Assembly (NCBI GenBank): GCA_035221665.1
Contig: CM069161.1
Location: 6,200,001-6,264,000 of the forward strand
DNA length: 64,000 nt
Direction: 5' to 3'
Source: Okamejei kenojei
Lineage: Eukaryota
A program made the translations under genes and the position numbers. Within the stretch, counting starts at the first letter, position 1. Each line of letters opens with the position of its first letter. The notes beneath the pieces were generated by a model. The model did not search any database and was not told the DNA's origin. It worked only from the letters and a program-made list of their open reading frames with translations. This document shows positions 37,665 through 50,342 of this stretch, in pieces.

Positions 37665-37875
37665 TGCCACAGAGGGTAGTTGAGGCCAGTTCATTGGCTA
37701 TATTTAAGAGTGAGTTGGATGTGGCCCTTGTGGCTAAGGGGATCAGGGGGTATGGAGAGAAGGCAGGTACGGGATACTGAGTTGGATGATCAGCCATGAT
37801 CATATTGAATGGCGGTGCAGGCTCGAAGGGCTGAATGGCCTACTCCTGCACCTAATTTCTATGTTTCTATGTTTC
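37665..37875 (+). mobile_element. CR1 3' end
   Basis: 3' UTR and (TTTCTATG)n tail. Confidence 0.85.
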
Positions 37876-38319
37876 TAACTCTGCACCAGCACAATGCAAT
37901 ATTTTCCCTTTTCCTTTGTCAGCCACAACGAGGCCTCTTGCTGGGTTCTGCCAAATTCATACCACTGCAGGGGAAACATTCTGATCCTTCTTCCTTTGTT
38001 AAAAGTTTGTTTGAAATATAATATGTGTGCAGGAAATAAGATTTGCTGTTTTGGATGGTGACTGGTCATGTAGCAATAAACTAGCTTTTTTTTAAAAACA
38101 AAGTAATTTTTTGGAATATTGGCAGAACCCTGCTCCTTGGTTGACATCCAACATTCTACTGTTTAGACAAGTTCTCCACAACAAGCAAACGCATTGGTTT
38201 TTATTGCCATTTTGTTTTAGACACAGCTTATTGACCAACATCAGCAAAAACGATGTGCATTGATGTGGTCCTCTCAGTATCGTAACACATCACGAACAGA
38301 ATCAAATACTCCGCAGGTC

Positions 38320-38752
38320 AGTCAGCACCTCTAGAGAACATGGATGGGTGACGTTTCAGGTCAAGAGTCTTTTTCAGGCAGTTTTGTGCCTGAATTACGG
38401 GTCTCGACCCGAAACATCACCTATCCATGTTCTCCGGAGATCGTTTCGACCCGAAACGTCGCCTATCTCCTTCGCTCCTTAGATGCTGCTGCACCCGCTG
38501 AGTTTCTCCAGCTTTTTGTGTAACCCCCCCACCTCTCCGCCTGCTGCCTGACATGATGAGTCACTCCGGCCCTTTGTGGCCTTTCGGGTCTAGACCCTTC
38601 TTCAGACTGAGTGTCAGGGGAGAGGGTGTCCAGGAAAACAATTCCCCTGACTCTAAGTCTGAAGAAGGGTCTCAACCCAAAACATCGCCCCTTCCTTTTC
38701 GCCATAGATGCTGGCTGACCTGCTGAGTTACCCCAGCATTTTGTGCCTATTT
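38320..38752. mobile_element. Cluster of nested and inverted PLE-derived repeats
   Basis: Several GACCCGAAAC and CCCTTCTTCAGAC units in both orientations. Confidence 0.7.
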
Positions 38753-38769
38753 ACTCAGAATAACTGGGT

Positions 38770-38822
38770 GGGGTGGAGGATTGCAACCTTCACGTGGTCC
38801 GCTCTGTTCGACTAATGCATTC
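38770..38822 (+). ncRNA. Minimal HDV-like self-cleaving ribozyme (predicted)
   Basis: P1 GGGGTGG/CCGCTCT (fully paired with wobbles), P2 GATTGCA/TGCATTC, P3 ACC/GGT, L3 TTCACGT, J4/2 CTAA (candidate catalytic C38812). Confidence 0.75.
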
Positions 38823-38908
38823 AACTCGACGTGCACAAACGGAAGGTCAAATACAACAAGTTGTCCAACAACTTTAGGCTGTGCATGCCACACGAAAGAA
38901 GAAGAAGA
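38770..38908 (+). mobile_element. Short retroposon headed by an HDV-like ribozyme (family 1, copy B)
   Basis: TSD AGAATAACTGGGT (38757-38769) / AGGATAACTGGGT (38909-38921); ACACG-A-(AAG)n tail. Confidence 0.88.
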
Positions 38909-40077
38909 AGGATAACTGGGTATAACTGTGATGAAGAAAAGAGTTCAACTAAAAAAAAAAAAAAATCAACTGAGAACAGATCCTTTTTTGGATTATGATC
39001 GACTCTGGACAAACAAACAATTGACTTGGAGGAAATTTCCAATCCAACTGCAGAATCTCAAGAGACCAAATTGCTTTTAACTTCTTCATATTGTTCAGCT
39101 TTTCCAATCCAAGTATAATATTTAATTTTGTTTTAAAGTCTTGACCCAGGCAGAAAATGTATACTCCATTTTGTTCGTGCTTAATATGTTGCACAACGGA
39201 TTAAATCCACTGCCACATTTTATCTAAAGTCAACAGCAATATTGATAATACCACACAGTCATTGCCAGTGACATCCACTGCCCGCGAACGGGTGAATAAA
39301 CGCCTGTGAGTAAAATAAGCTTTTGTTTCAGTGTTTTGTGTTGGTCCGCTTTAAATTGACATGCAGAACAAAGGATCAAAGAGACTGCTGTTCAATTACT
39401 TCAAAAACTGGCACAGGCAGCAAGCTCGATTTAAATCCCCAAAAGAAAAACAATGTTGCCCCTTTCATGGCTGTGGGTAACAGAGGTGTCCTTTTACAAA
39501 CAATCTTGTGCTGCCTTCTGCCAATTATACGCTTGCTCCTGGTTGCTGTGAACAATGCCTGCCAATAACAATTAGATGAAATCATTTGTATCAGATCCTG
39601 TAACTATCTCAACAAAATTGCATTAACTAGACTATCTGGAAGCAATTATCTTTTTAAAAAATATATATATTTGCATCTCTTCACCAGACTGTGTAACAGA
39701 TGTGAGCTCTCCACATTAGGCTGATGTAACAGTATGCAATGAAAACGTTCCCCAGAGCAACTCCACAGTTTTGCGTCTCTTCTGTAAATAGAGTTTGAAT
39801 TCACCACCCATCTACACAGCTCATCTGCCTCTTCTTTGCAGTGTAGGAAGGAACTGCAGATGCTGGTTTAAACCGAAGGTAGACACAAAAAAGCTGGAGT
39901 AACTCAGCGGGACAGACAGCAGCATCTCTGGAGAAAAGGACAGGATGCTGCATGTCCCGCTGAGTTACTTCAGATCACTGGAAATGAGAACTCCCTCCGA
40001 AACCCCCTCTTGAATGATGCCTGTGTTAGGATTAGATATTAGCTACAGGGAGAGGGTGGACAGACTTGGATTGCTTA

Positions 40078-40389
40078 AAGCCCTGTCCCGCGGTACGAGT
40101 TCATTCCAAGAGTTCTCCCGAGTTTGCCCTGATTCGAACTCAGAGGTTTACGGTAATGGCCACTCGTTGGTACTCGGGGCTCTCGTGGACATTTCTCATC
40201 ATGTTGAAAAATCTTACCTGCCGTCAGCGAGTCTCCCCGAGTACCTGCCGTTAGCGTTACAAGCCGCTAAGAGACGTCCCCGAGCTCCGACGTACCCGCT
40301 ACGTTCATTCTCCGTGCTTACCAAGAGTTTGATTTTATTTTAAACTCGGGAGAGCTCTTGGAATGAACTCGTACCGTGGGACAGGGCTA
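40078..40389 (+). mobile_element. PIF/Harbinger-like MITE, intact, inserted in a CR1 fragment
   Basis: TTA TSD (40075-40077, 40390-40392); ~48-bp TIRs AGCCCTGTCCCGCGGTACGAGTTCATTCCAAGAG / CTCTTGGAATGAACTCGTACCGTGGGACAGGGCT. Confidence 0.9.
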
Positions 40390-41519
40390 TTACTCTGGAA
40401 CGTCGGAGATCGCAGGGAGACCTTACAGTTGTATATTAAATTACGAGAGGCATAGACCTGGCGCACAGTCAGAACCTTTTACCCAGTCCTTTTACCCACA
40501 CTACAAAAGCTTTTCACTGCACCTCGGTACACGAGACAAGAAACCCAACTCAACCAGGATGGAAAAATCAAATGTTGGAGGGCATAGTTTTACGGTGAGA
40601 GGAGCAAAGTTTAATGGAGATGTATAGGGCAAGTTTTATTTACGTAGAGGGTGGCAAGAGCATGAAACGCACTGCCAGGGGTTGGTGGTTGAGGCAGATA
40701 CGACAGTGGTATTTGAGACTTTTGGATCGACACAGGAATAGATATGTAGGGAATGGGGGAATATGGATTATGTCAAACCAAGACCAAATCTTATCATGTT
40801 GTGTAGGAAGGAAAAGCAGATGCTGGTTTAAAGCAAAGATAGACACAAAATGCTGGAGTAACTCAGCAGGACAGACAGGCAGCATCTCTGGAGGGAAGGA
40901 ATCTTATCATGTTGTGCATGGACTTTGGAAAAGGAAGGTCGAGGACCCACAAACGTGTCTTCATCGACGGGACGGCGGTGAAGGGAGTTAAAAACTACAA
41001 TGTGTTGGAGGCCAGGTGACTGCCTCATGTGATAGGAGTAGAATTAGGCCATTCGGCCCATCAAGTCCACTCCACCATTCAATCGTGGCTGATCTCTTTC
41101 TCCCTCCTAACCCCATTCGCCTGCCTCTTCCCCATAGCCCCTGACGCCCGTCTGCACTGACCTTTGCATTCCATTGCTGGCTTTGCCATCTCATGTCCAG
41201 CAGCACAACACTGCCTCCCTCCAGCCTTCATCTGCATACAGTTTGCATTTGGCCTCCATCTTATTGACAGCGGTGCTGGCTTACGGTCAACAACTACTGA
41301 ATTTGACTGAGCAGAACACAGGCCTAGAGCAATGCATACGGAAAAACATACATGCCAGTTATGGCCCGAACATGACAGTACCACAAGCTCCAACTCCTGA
41401 GCCAACTTCCTGTCCCTTTTCCGGGGTTATACCTGCGCCCATGCGGCACGAGAGAAGGAATACGCGCTTGTCCATAGGTGATAGGAGCAGAATTAGGTCA
41501 TTCAGCCCATCAAGTCTAC

Positions 41520-41830
41520 AATACAAATTAATGTCATTTGAACCTCAAAAGAGGTTCAAACGGAATTTGGTTTCTGTAGTCATACAAGAAAAGAACCAGG
41601 ACACACAAACAATACAATTTACACAAACATCCATCACAGTGAATCTCCTCCTCACTGTGATGGGAGGCAGAGTCTTGTCTCTCCCCAGTGTTCCATTCTT
41701 CTCCCGATGTTAAAGCCCCCGGTGGGCGATGGCAAGTCCCGCGGCCGTTAAGGACTGGCCGGTCGGTGTAAGGCCCCGCTCCGGGTCTCAATGTTGGAGC
41801 CCCGGTGGGTGATGGCAAGTCCCACGGCCA
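41520..41830 (-). mobile_element. Non-autonomous retroposon with a Rex1-like tail, nested in a CR1 3' UTR
   Basis: Shares the CATCACAG...CACTGTG hairpin and (TATTG)n tail with 49890-50342; contains a ~33-bp internal direct repeat. Confidence 0.55.
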
Positions 41831-41915
41831 TTACTCCGCCATTCAATCAAGGCTGATCAATCTCTTCCTCCTATCTGCATTCTCCTGCCTTCTCCCCATA
41901 ACCCCTGACACCCTT

Positions 41916-42085
41916 GGGCACTCTGGGGGAATGTATCCTTGACAAGGATTGTAATATAGTTGTCTAATACTCAGTGAATTTGCTATTTAAGAATACTTGT
42001 TTTACTTTGTATTATGGTGGTGGGTTTGATGGTATTGTATATTATTGTAAGTAATTGATGAAATTTATTCTTGGTAAAAAAAAAC
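41916..42085 (+). mobile_element. L1/Tx1-like 3' end
   Basis: WALWGECILDKDC, T-rich UTR, poly(A); homologous to 10945-11142. Confidence 0.5.
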
Positions 42086-43237
42086 TCTAGTTAATGCACA
42101 GTGAGAAGGGAAATCTGATCATCCTCTCTCGCAGAAGCGGTGGGGGGGGGGGGGCATATGGAAGAGAGACAGATGGATTTGAAAAACAGGAAAATGTTCT
42201 ACAGGGTTTGAAGGATGTAAATATCTTCAGAATCGTAGAACATATGGAGATAGAACCAAGCAGATAGACACAAAATGCTGGAGTAATTCAGCGGGACAGG
42301 CAGCATCTCTGGAGAAAAGGAATGGGTGATGTTTTGGGTCAAGACCCTTCTTCAGAGGAACGAGTTACCTTCAATTGTGGGTCTACTTTCAATTTTAACT
42401 AACATTTGCAGTTCTTTCCTACACATAGAACCATGCAGCACAGGATCCGGCCCTTTAGCCCACAATACCTGTGACCCACATGATACCAAGATATGCAATT
42501 TTCCTCTGTCTGCATGTGCCTGCCATATCTTCCCGTTCCCTACATATCTATGAGCCCATCTAAAATGTCTCTGAAATGCCACTATTGTGTCTGCCTCCAG
42601 CACTGCCCCAGGCATTGTGCTCCACCAACTTTAAGAGCAGCTTCTTCCCAGCAACCATCAAGCTGTGGAACACTGCACAACCCCAACCTCAGTAACTATG
42701 TTCATATGATCATCTGGAGAAGGATCTCGGCCCGAAACGTCACCCATTCCTTCTCTCCAGAGATAATTGATTGTACTATGATATATTTATCTGTGTGTTC
42801 TTGAATTTACACGCCTATAAATATTCCTTGCAACAAGCAGGAATATCATTGTTCCATTGCCGGGACATATTACAAGTAAACACTCTTGACTCCACTGGAG
42901 GACATTTAAAAAACAAATTAAAATAGTTTTAAGTAAATAAAAAATGTAAATGACTTGAAAATAATGTGGTTAAAATACAATCAACAAGAAATTCTTTTAA
43001 AATGCAATAAAAAGTGAAATGAAAAAATACAAAACAAATTAATAAGCTTGAATAGCATTTTAATGATGGTCAGAGTGTTTGTTCAGCTTACTGTGGTTAT
43101 TGTTGCTCACCATCCGTGACTGATCTAAAATGACCTGGCGACTCAACTCATTACAATCAGACACTTCCAACGGCCTAATGCTGAATCCAGGAACAAACTG
43201 ATTTCCTGACTTCCACATTGCTGAAGGCTGGGGTTAG

Positions 43238-43445
43238 GCACAAAAAGCTGGAGTAACTTAGCGGGACAAGTAGCATCTCTGGTGAGAAGGAATAGGTGAC
43301 GTTTCGGGTCGAGACCCTTCTTCAGACTGAAAGGTCTCGACCCGAAACGTCACCTCTTCCTTCTCTCCAGAGATGCTGCCTGTCCCGTTGAGTTACTCCA
43401 GCATTTTGTGTCTGTCTTCGGTTTAAACCTGCACCTGCTGTTCAT
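43238..43445. mobile_element. Palindromic PLE-derived repeat
   Basis: Near-perfect inverted pair; intact hammerhead core at 43298-43325 on the minus strand. Confidence 0.82.
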
Positions 43446-44063
43446 TTCTCTACATCAGAAGACTGGGAGCGGTTATAGTTCCCCTGAAGCACCCAACTGG
43501 TTTGTCAAATAAAAAACATGAAACAAAATCCATCACAGGCCCTTCAGCTCCAAGAGCCTGTTCTTCCATTCAATTAGATTAATGTAGTCTATACCTCAAC
43601 TCTACTCACCTGTATCTGTTCCATGTCCCTTGACAGCAATTATCTGTTGACTCCTTAAAAATGTGTCACCCAACATTTCATAGAAGCAAGATCCAGATTT
43701 CTACAGCTGTGTGAAACGTTTCTCGGTTTCATCAAGGCTTCAAGGCGTCCAGAATTGTGGGAGGCCTAATCAGGGGAACAGGAAGGGACCTGATTCCCTT
43801 GGCAAAGAGCCAGATAATTAGAGGACATGGATGTTGAGGAAAAATGCTTTTCACCCAAAGAGTACTGGATGTGCAGAGCTCACTCATTGAAAGGGTGCTA
43901 GAGGCAGAAACCCTTATTACATTAAAAATAGTTTCCAGACAAACACTTGAGGAGCCAACCCTAAAGGGCATTGTATGGATTGAAAGCTAGGATGGACACA
44001 ATGGGCCATATGGCCTCCTGCTTTGACCTAAATTTCTCAGATTTCACTTCATTCTAATAATAA

Positions 44064-44224
44064 NNNNNNNNNNNNNNNNNNNNNNNNNNNNNNNNNNNNN
44101 NNNNNNNNNNNNNNNNNNNNNNNNNNNNNNNNNNNNNNNNNNNNNNNNNNNNNNNNNNNNNNNNNNNNNNNNNNNNNNNNNNNNNNNNNNNNNNNNNNNN
44201 NNNNNNNNNNNNNNNNNNNNNNNN
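44064..44224. other. Assembly gap
   Basis: 161 N bases. Confidence 1.
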
Positions 44225-44959
44225 TGATTGAATCATAGGGTTTCATGCAACACTGAGGAAAAGTATCTGACTCAACAAATAAATTAAGAAATAAATGTCA
44301 GAAATAAATTAAGCACGTCCCAATGGAAACACAAGAGACTGCAGATGCTGGATGGACTCTTGAGCAAAGAGTGTACTAATCAGATGTGTTTCAGGTCAGG
44401 AACCTTCGTTGCTGCTGCAGGCAAGATTTTCATTGTACCTGTACCTCACCACACCTGCGCATATGACAATAAACTCAACTCAACTTGCTAGCCAGTCAGC
44501 TTCCTGCTAGGTGGTTCTATCTGGGGATCTGCTACAGCTGAGTTGGGTCTTTGGAAACTCGGTGACCATCCAAAACAGTTGGTTCTCTAGACAGTGGACA
44601 CAGCTCAACGTCGTATTAACATCAGAGTAATATCTTATAGTGCTTTACTATAGTAAGATTCATGCTCAGATTATGTGGTTCTGTTTTCACATCTACCTGA
44701 AGAGGTTGACAAAAACAGCGGCACTTTCACAAATCAAACGAAAGGTGATTTCTCAGAGCTTTTTACCAACATATCAACTTTTAACCAACACTACCCAAAC
44801 AAGCAACCGCATCATTTATCCAAAAGCCACTTCCTCACAGTGCCAGAGAGCTGGGATCGACCGTGACCTCGGGCGCTGTCTGTGTGGAGTTTGCACATTC
44901 TCCCTGCAGCAATAACTCCATTTGACAGCCGCACTACCACCACTACACCACAAGGGCGA

Positions 44960-45905
44960 CCGGAAGTTAGAGAAGTCAACGTTCATACTGCTGGGGAGCA
45001 AACTACCCAAGTGAAATATGCAGTGCCGGATTTAGATGAAGAGAGGCCCTAGGTTATTCCACTTGTGAGGCCCCTCCCAATCCCCCACGACTTGAGTCGA
45101 GTGTTTTAAATAATTTGAATAAAGCCAAGGATGATGACAGGTGTTTAAAATTCCGCAATTCGCAATTCCTTCTCTAAAGGACATAAAATGTTATTGTTAA
45201 ATACCCCTGAGTTTTAACTTCTGAATTTTCCAAAGATGTTCCCTGCACCCGCCATAGCTGCTTACTGGAGCACGTGTGAAAGTTTGCCGGACCCTGGTGC
45301 CAACAGATTGACACCGATGTGCAGCCGAGCATGGCCAATGAGATAAGGGGCTAGAAAGCGGTGTTTTTTTTAAATGCGTTTATTGCCAGTGCTAGTGTCG
45401 AGTTATCGGCTTAGAACAGTATTATTCTGAAATGGAGGGCAAGGAAAATTACTGAAGGGTTGTTAAGAAACTACAGTGCTTTGTGACAGCATATGTAAGA
45501 AAGGCCTATGACAGTGTCAAAAATATTATACACCTTGGCCGGAGGCCCCCTAGATTTTGAGGCCCTAGGCTTTGGCCTGCCAAGACTATAGGTAAATCCG
45601 GCACCGGAAATGTGAGGTGCTGTTCCTTTTCATATTTCATAGTTCACATTTTTCTTGGGTAGTTTGCACCCCAGCGGTGTGAACATTGACTTCTCCAACT
45701 TCAGGAAGCCCTTGCTTTCTCTCTCCATCATCTCCCCCTTCCCAGTTCTCCCACTAGTCTTACTGCTTCTGCCTACATTCTTTCTCTGTCCTGCCCCCTC
45801 CCCTGACATCAGTCTGAAGAAGAATCTCGACCCGAAATGTTGCCAATTCCTTCCCTCCATGGATGGTGCCCTACCCTCTGAGTTACTCCAGCATTTTGTG
45901 TCTAC
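44960..45905. mobile_element. PLE 3' fragment (end of GIY-YIG ORF plus terminal repeat) in inverted configuration
   Basis: Minus arm EQHL..FHLGSLLPSSMNVDFSNFR, split by the hAT; plus arm LGSLHPSGVNIDFSNFR running into a pyrimidine tract and the CTGAAGA...GACCCGAAA repeat. Confidence 0.78.
45021..45606. mobile_element. Non-autonomous hAT DNA transposon
   Basis: TIRs CAGTGCCGGATTTA / TAAATCCGGCACCG; 8-bp TSD GAAATATG / GAAATGTG; subterminal GAGGCCC repeats at both ends. Confidence 0.88.
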
Positions 45906-47439
45906 TTATGAACTCCTAGTACACTTTAGATATTGACATGTGCAATATATAGCAAAGCTAAGCTGCTCCTTTTTACTCTTGCACTTTATTTTTACATTTT
46001 TAAATTATAATGTTTTTTTTTAAATTGTTATTTTTACCATGTGCGAACAAAGCACCACGTCACATTCCTTGTATGCGTACATACTTGACCAATAAATTGA
46101 TTCTGATTCTGATTCCGATTTGGATCACATGGTTCTCCTCCGGATTCTCCGGGCTTCCATCGACTTCCCAACGACGTGCAGGTTTCAAGGTTAATTCAAA
46201 TAAAATGGCCTCCAATGTGCAGGGAGTGGATGGGAAAGTGGGATAATATAGACCCAGTGTGAGCGGGTGATCGATGGTCAGCGTGGATGCGGTAGGCCGT
46301 CAAGCCTGTTTCCATGCTGCATCTCTAAAACTTAAAAAACCAAGCCATTTGTATCGGGTAAATTTCTCAGATGTATGGTAAGTCACAATATAAAAGCAAA
46401 CATTACCAACTTTTTTTAAAAATTTGCAAAACTATGGCCCTAAATTATATATTTTTTGCAGCAGAATATATACTAGGGGATGCTCGACTGCATATGTAGT
46501 TATTTTACATAGAAACATAGAAATGAGGTGTAGGCCAGTCAGCCCTGTGGAGTATCACCTGCACCAACTCAGAGAAGAGAGTGTGAAAAAAATCTCGGTC
46601 TTAAAGGATTTCCCCTTATCCTTAAGCTGTTTGTCCTGGACTTCCCCAGGGGCATCTAGCCTGTCCAACCCCTTAAGATTTCTATAAGATCCCCTCTTAG
46701 AGTATAAAACCGAGTGTCTTTCTTCAAAGGGAATCAGTCTGGTGAACCTTCTCTGGGCAATAATGTCCTTGTCAGTGTGGAGACATGATCAAAGAGTGGC
46801 CATTGTTTGCCAGGGTTTGATGATAATCCTAGATTTGCGACTGAGGATAAACCACACTGAGTAATACTTTCACTTGCACTGTACCGCGAGCACTGCTTGT
46901 CCTCATATCCCTAACTGTACCGTCAAAGTTGGGAACAAAGTGAGATTTGATTAGGATCGTTTGAATTGAATGGAAAATATTTGGTGCTCATTTAAACTCA
47001 TGGAAAGACGGCCAGGTGAGTTTCTACACAGGAGTGTGCCTCGTTCTACCTGATATCTACCAACCCAGGTTATCGCGTCCTAGAGCTGAACTACTGGAAC
47101 ACATATACAGGGCAGATAATGAACATTGGCGAGCATCTTTGGAACCGTGTGACCTAAAGGTTACCCAGGGTAGGGGATTCAAGAACCAGAGGACATAGGT
47201 TTAAGGTGAGAGGGGAAAGATTTAATGGGAACCCGAGGGAAATGTTTCCACTCAGAGGGTGGTGGGTATATGGAATTAGGTAGTTGGGGTGGAGGCTATA
47301 GCAACATGGATTTGAGTTTAGGAGCAAGGAGGTCCAGCTGCAGTTGTACAGGGCCCTGGTGAGACCGCAGCTGGAGTATTGTGTGCAATTTTGGTCTCCT
47401 AATTTGAGGCAAGAATCAGGGCTCAATATCTGGTTCTGT

Positions 47440-47776
47440 GTCATAGAGTCATTGAGTGATACAGTGTGGAAACAGGCCCTTCAGCCAAACTTGCCCACAC
47501 CAACCAACATGTCCCAGCTACATAAGTCCCACCTGCCAGCATTTGACCCATATCCCTCCAAACCTGTTCTATCCATGTACCTGTCTAACTGCTTCTTAAA
47601 TGTTGGGATAGTCGCTGCCTCAACTACCTCCTCTGGCCACTTGTTCCATGCACCCACTACCCTTTGTGTGAAAAAGTTACCCTTCAGACTCTGATTAAAT
47701 CTTTTCCCCTTCACCTTAAAGCTGTGGCCTCTGGTCCTCGATTCACCTACTCTGGGCAAGAGACTCTGTGCATCTA
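47440..47776 (-). mobile_element. CR1 3' end
   Basis: ORF 47481-47759 SRTRGHSFKVKGKRF...FFTQRVVGAWNKWPEEVVEA. Confidence 0.88.
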
Positions 47777-48339
47777 ATGTGTGTATGTGGATTCAGTGGA
47801 ACTACCCATACGCATGTGCATGTTCTACTTAAATATAATATACATGAATAGCTTTCTGCAGAATGAATACTGATGCATTTTAAAAGTCTATCTTCTCCCC
47901 GTGTTCAGTGGGCAGCTCCCAGACTGCACCCTCGGTAGCAGGGGGATAATGAGGAAATGCATCCGTCAACCATTTTGGCTGCACTGCACCAAATTCCTGA
48001 GATGAAACTCAGCACGGAATGTGAACCTGTTTGTGAGCGTGGAACGCACAGTGACGGCATTGTGAGTGGATTTTTTTTCTCGGCTTGTACAATGTCCATG
48101 TTCACCCTGGACTCCCACTGTCCGAGGAAAAATAACTTGAGTCAAACGCAGTCAGAAGCCCTGAAAGCGATTTCCAAGCCGTACCATCGAAAGCCGCAGC
48201 AGAGACAGATGCTACTCTTTGGCGAGACGATATCCCGCAGATAGTGAGGCTGTTGGTCCATGTACCAGTCTCGAACAAACTTTCCTAATGCTAGGTGGAG
48301 TAGCAGAAGGTCACAACGACTGTTTTTTTGCACGGCCTC

Positions 48340-48645
48340 AGGGTGACACAGTGGCGTAGCGGTTAGAGCTGCTGCCCCTCGAGACCCAGCTTGGATCCTG
48401 ACCTCGAGTGCTGTCTGTCTGGAGTTTGCACGTTCTCTGTGATCACATAGGTTTCCTCCACATAGGTTCCCTCCCACATCCCAAAGTTTGTGGTTTAAAT
48501 GGCTGCTTCAAATTGCCCCAAATGTGTAGGGAGGGGATGCGATAGTGGAAAGACAGAGAACTAGGTGGAACAGGTGATCGATGGTCGGCATGGATTCTGT
48601 GGGCCGAAGGGCCTGTTTCCATGCTGCATCTTTCATTCAGTCAGT
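48340..48645 (+). mobile_element. HE1-type V-SINE (older subfamily)
   Basis: A box GTGGCGTAGCGG, V-domain remnant, CR1-like tail. Confidence 0.75.
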
Positions 48646-48799
48646 AAGCTGCCAGTACCCACCTCAATATAAGCTTGCGGCAACACCCTTAATTATTCAA
48701 GCAATAGAATATTCTCAGCACACTTAGCAACAATGTGGTTTAGTGTAAAGGAGAAACAGAAACAGCTAAAGGTCTTGTAAAAGGAATCCTGTGTGGCAT

Positions 48800-49100
48800 G
48801 GTACGGTGGCGGAGTGGTAGAGTTGCTGCCTTACAGCGCTTGCAGGGCTGGAGACCCAGGTTCGATCCCGACTGTGGGTGCTTGTCTGTTCGGAGTTTCT
48901 ATGTTTTCCCCACGTGGGTTTCTCCGAGATCTTCAGTTTCCTCCCACACTGCAAAGTCGTACGGGTTTGTAGGTTAATTGGCTTGGTGTGTGTGTAAATT
49001 GTCCCTAGTGTGTGTAGGATAGTGTTAATGTGCGGGGATCGATGGTCGGCATGGACTCGGTGGGCCGAAGGGCCTGTTTCCACGCTGTATCTCTAAACAT
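48800..49100 (+). mobile_element. HE1-type V-SINE
   Basis: Full copy with A and B boxes and tail. Confidence 0.85.
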
Positions 49101-49489
49101 TAAAACACACTGGCTAACTGAGGAACACTACAATTAAGTTACTGAACTAACAGCCACAGTTCTGTACCATTGAATCAGGAGCGAGTTCAAATTCCGCCAG
49201 GGCAGCTGGGGAATTGAAATTCAAATAATTAAATAAATCTGGAATTAATTTTACGAAAATAGTACGTTAGGCATCAAATAATCAGATTGTCATCAAGGTC
49301 CCATCTAGTTCACCGACGAGAATGAGATCTGCAATTCTTCCACTGGAATGGCCTGTAGATAAACCCAGAGTCACCAAATGGATTAACTCTTAACTGTCCC
49401 TCAGTTCAGATGCAATTGAGTGCTTAATACATGTCGGCATTCCCATCCGTAGCCCACTTATAGAGGAATTTCCAAAATTGAGTTATTTT

Positions 49490-49752
49490 TTAGTTTAGAG
49501 AAATACGGCGCAGTAACAGGTCCCTCAGCCCAACGAGTCTGCGCCTAGCACTATCCTACACACGAGCGACAATTTACAATCGTTACCAAAGCCATTTAGC
49601 CTGAAAACCTGTGCATCTTTGGAGTGTGGGAGGAAACCGGAGCACCCGGAGAAAACGTACAAACTCTGTACTGACAGCTCCCGTGGTTAGGATTGAACCC
49701 GGGTCTCTGGCGCTGTAAGGCTGCAACTCACTGCTGCGCCACCGTGCCGCCC
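49490..49752 (-). mobile_element. HE1-type V-SINE
   Basis: Reverse copy ending GCTGCGCCACCGTGCCGCCC. Confidence 0.8.
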
Positions 49753-49889
49753 AAATTTACATGACTTTAGTGAGAAAGGTTAGGAGAGAGGCTTAAACAT
49801 CTTCATGACTACAAGGGTGATAACATTATACAACCCTCTATCACTCAAGGCAGTAGACATTGATCCAATTAATAAATGTAACCTTTACC

Positions 49890-50342
49890 ATCGAGAGCTC
49901 AGTCTTGGGAGAGACCATGGATGTCGGGATCTCCAACGGCACAGAAGGTTTGACCAGCCCCGACCCGGGATTCAAGCGCTTGGCGTGGGGGAGTTGAGAT
50001 TCCCCCACCTCCCCCGCTCCCCCCCCCCCCCCCCCCCCCCCCACTCCCCCGATGCAGGGGTGAGGCAGGCCCGACTGCTGGATACTGGGAGTAAGATCGT
50101 CCCGTCAACGGAAGGCTCGAGGCCCCCGAGAACAAAGAAGGGAAGAGATTGAACGTTTTAATTCGCATTCCATCACAGCGAGTAATGTGGAGGAGTCACT
50201 GTGGTGGATGTTTATGTTAAAATGTATTTTGTGTGTTCTGTTGCATTTTATTTGTATGACTGGCAAATGAAATTCCTTGTGTGTTCTGTTGCAAAACATA
50301 CTTGGCTAATAAAGTATTATTGTATTGTATTGTGTTGTATTG
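49890..50342 (+). mobile_element. Non-autonomous retroposon with a Rex1-like tail
   Basis: GC-rich body, CATCACAGCG...CACTGTGGTG hairpin, GAAATTCCTTG...CATACTTGGCTAATAAA and (TATTG)n. Confidence 0.55.

Noticed and set aside
44049-44246. ORFs spanning the N run
   Set aside because: Artefacts of the assembly gap.
47909-48061. Candidate exon between a good acceptor (47908) and GTGAGT (48062)
   Set aside because: Stop codons occur in all three frames.
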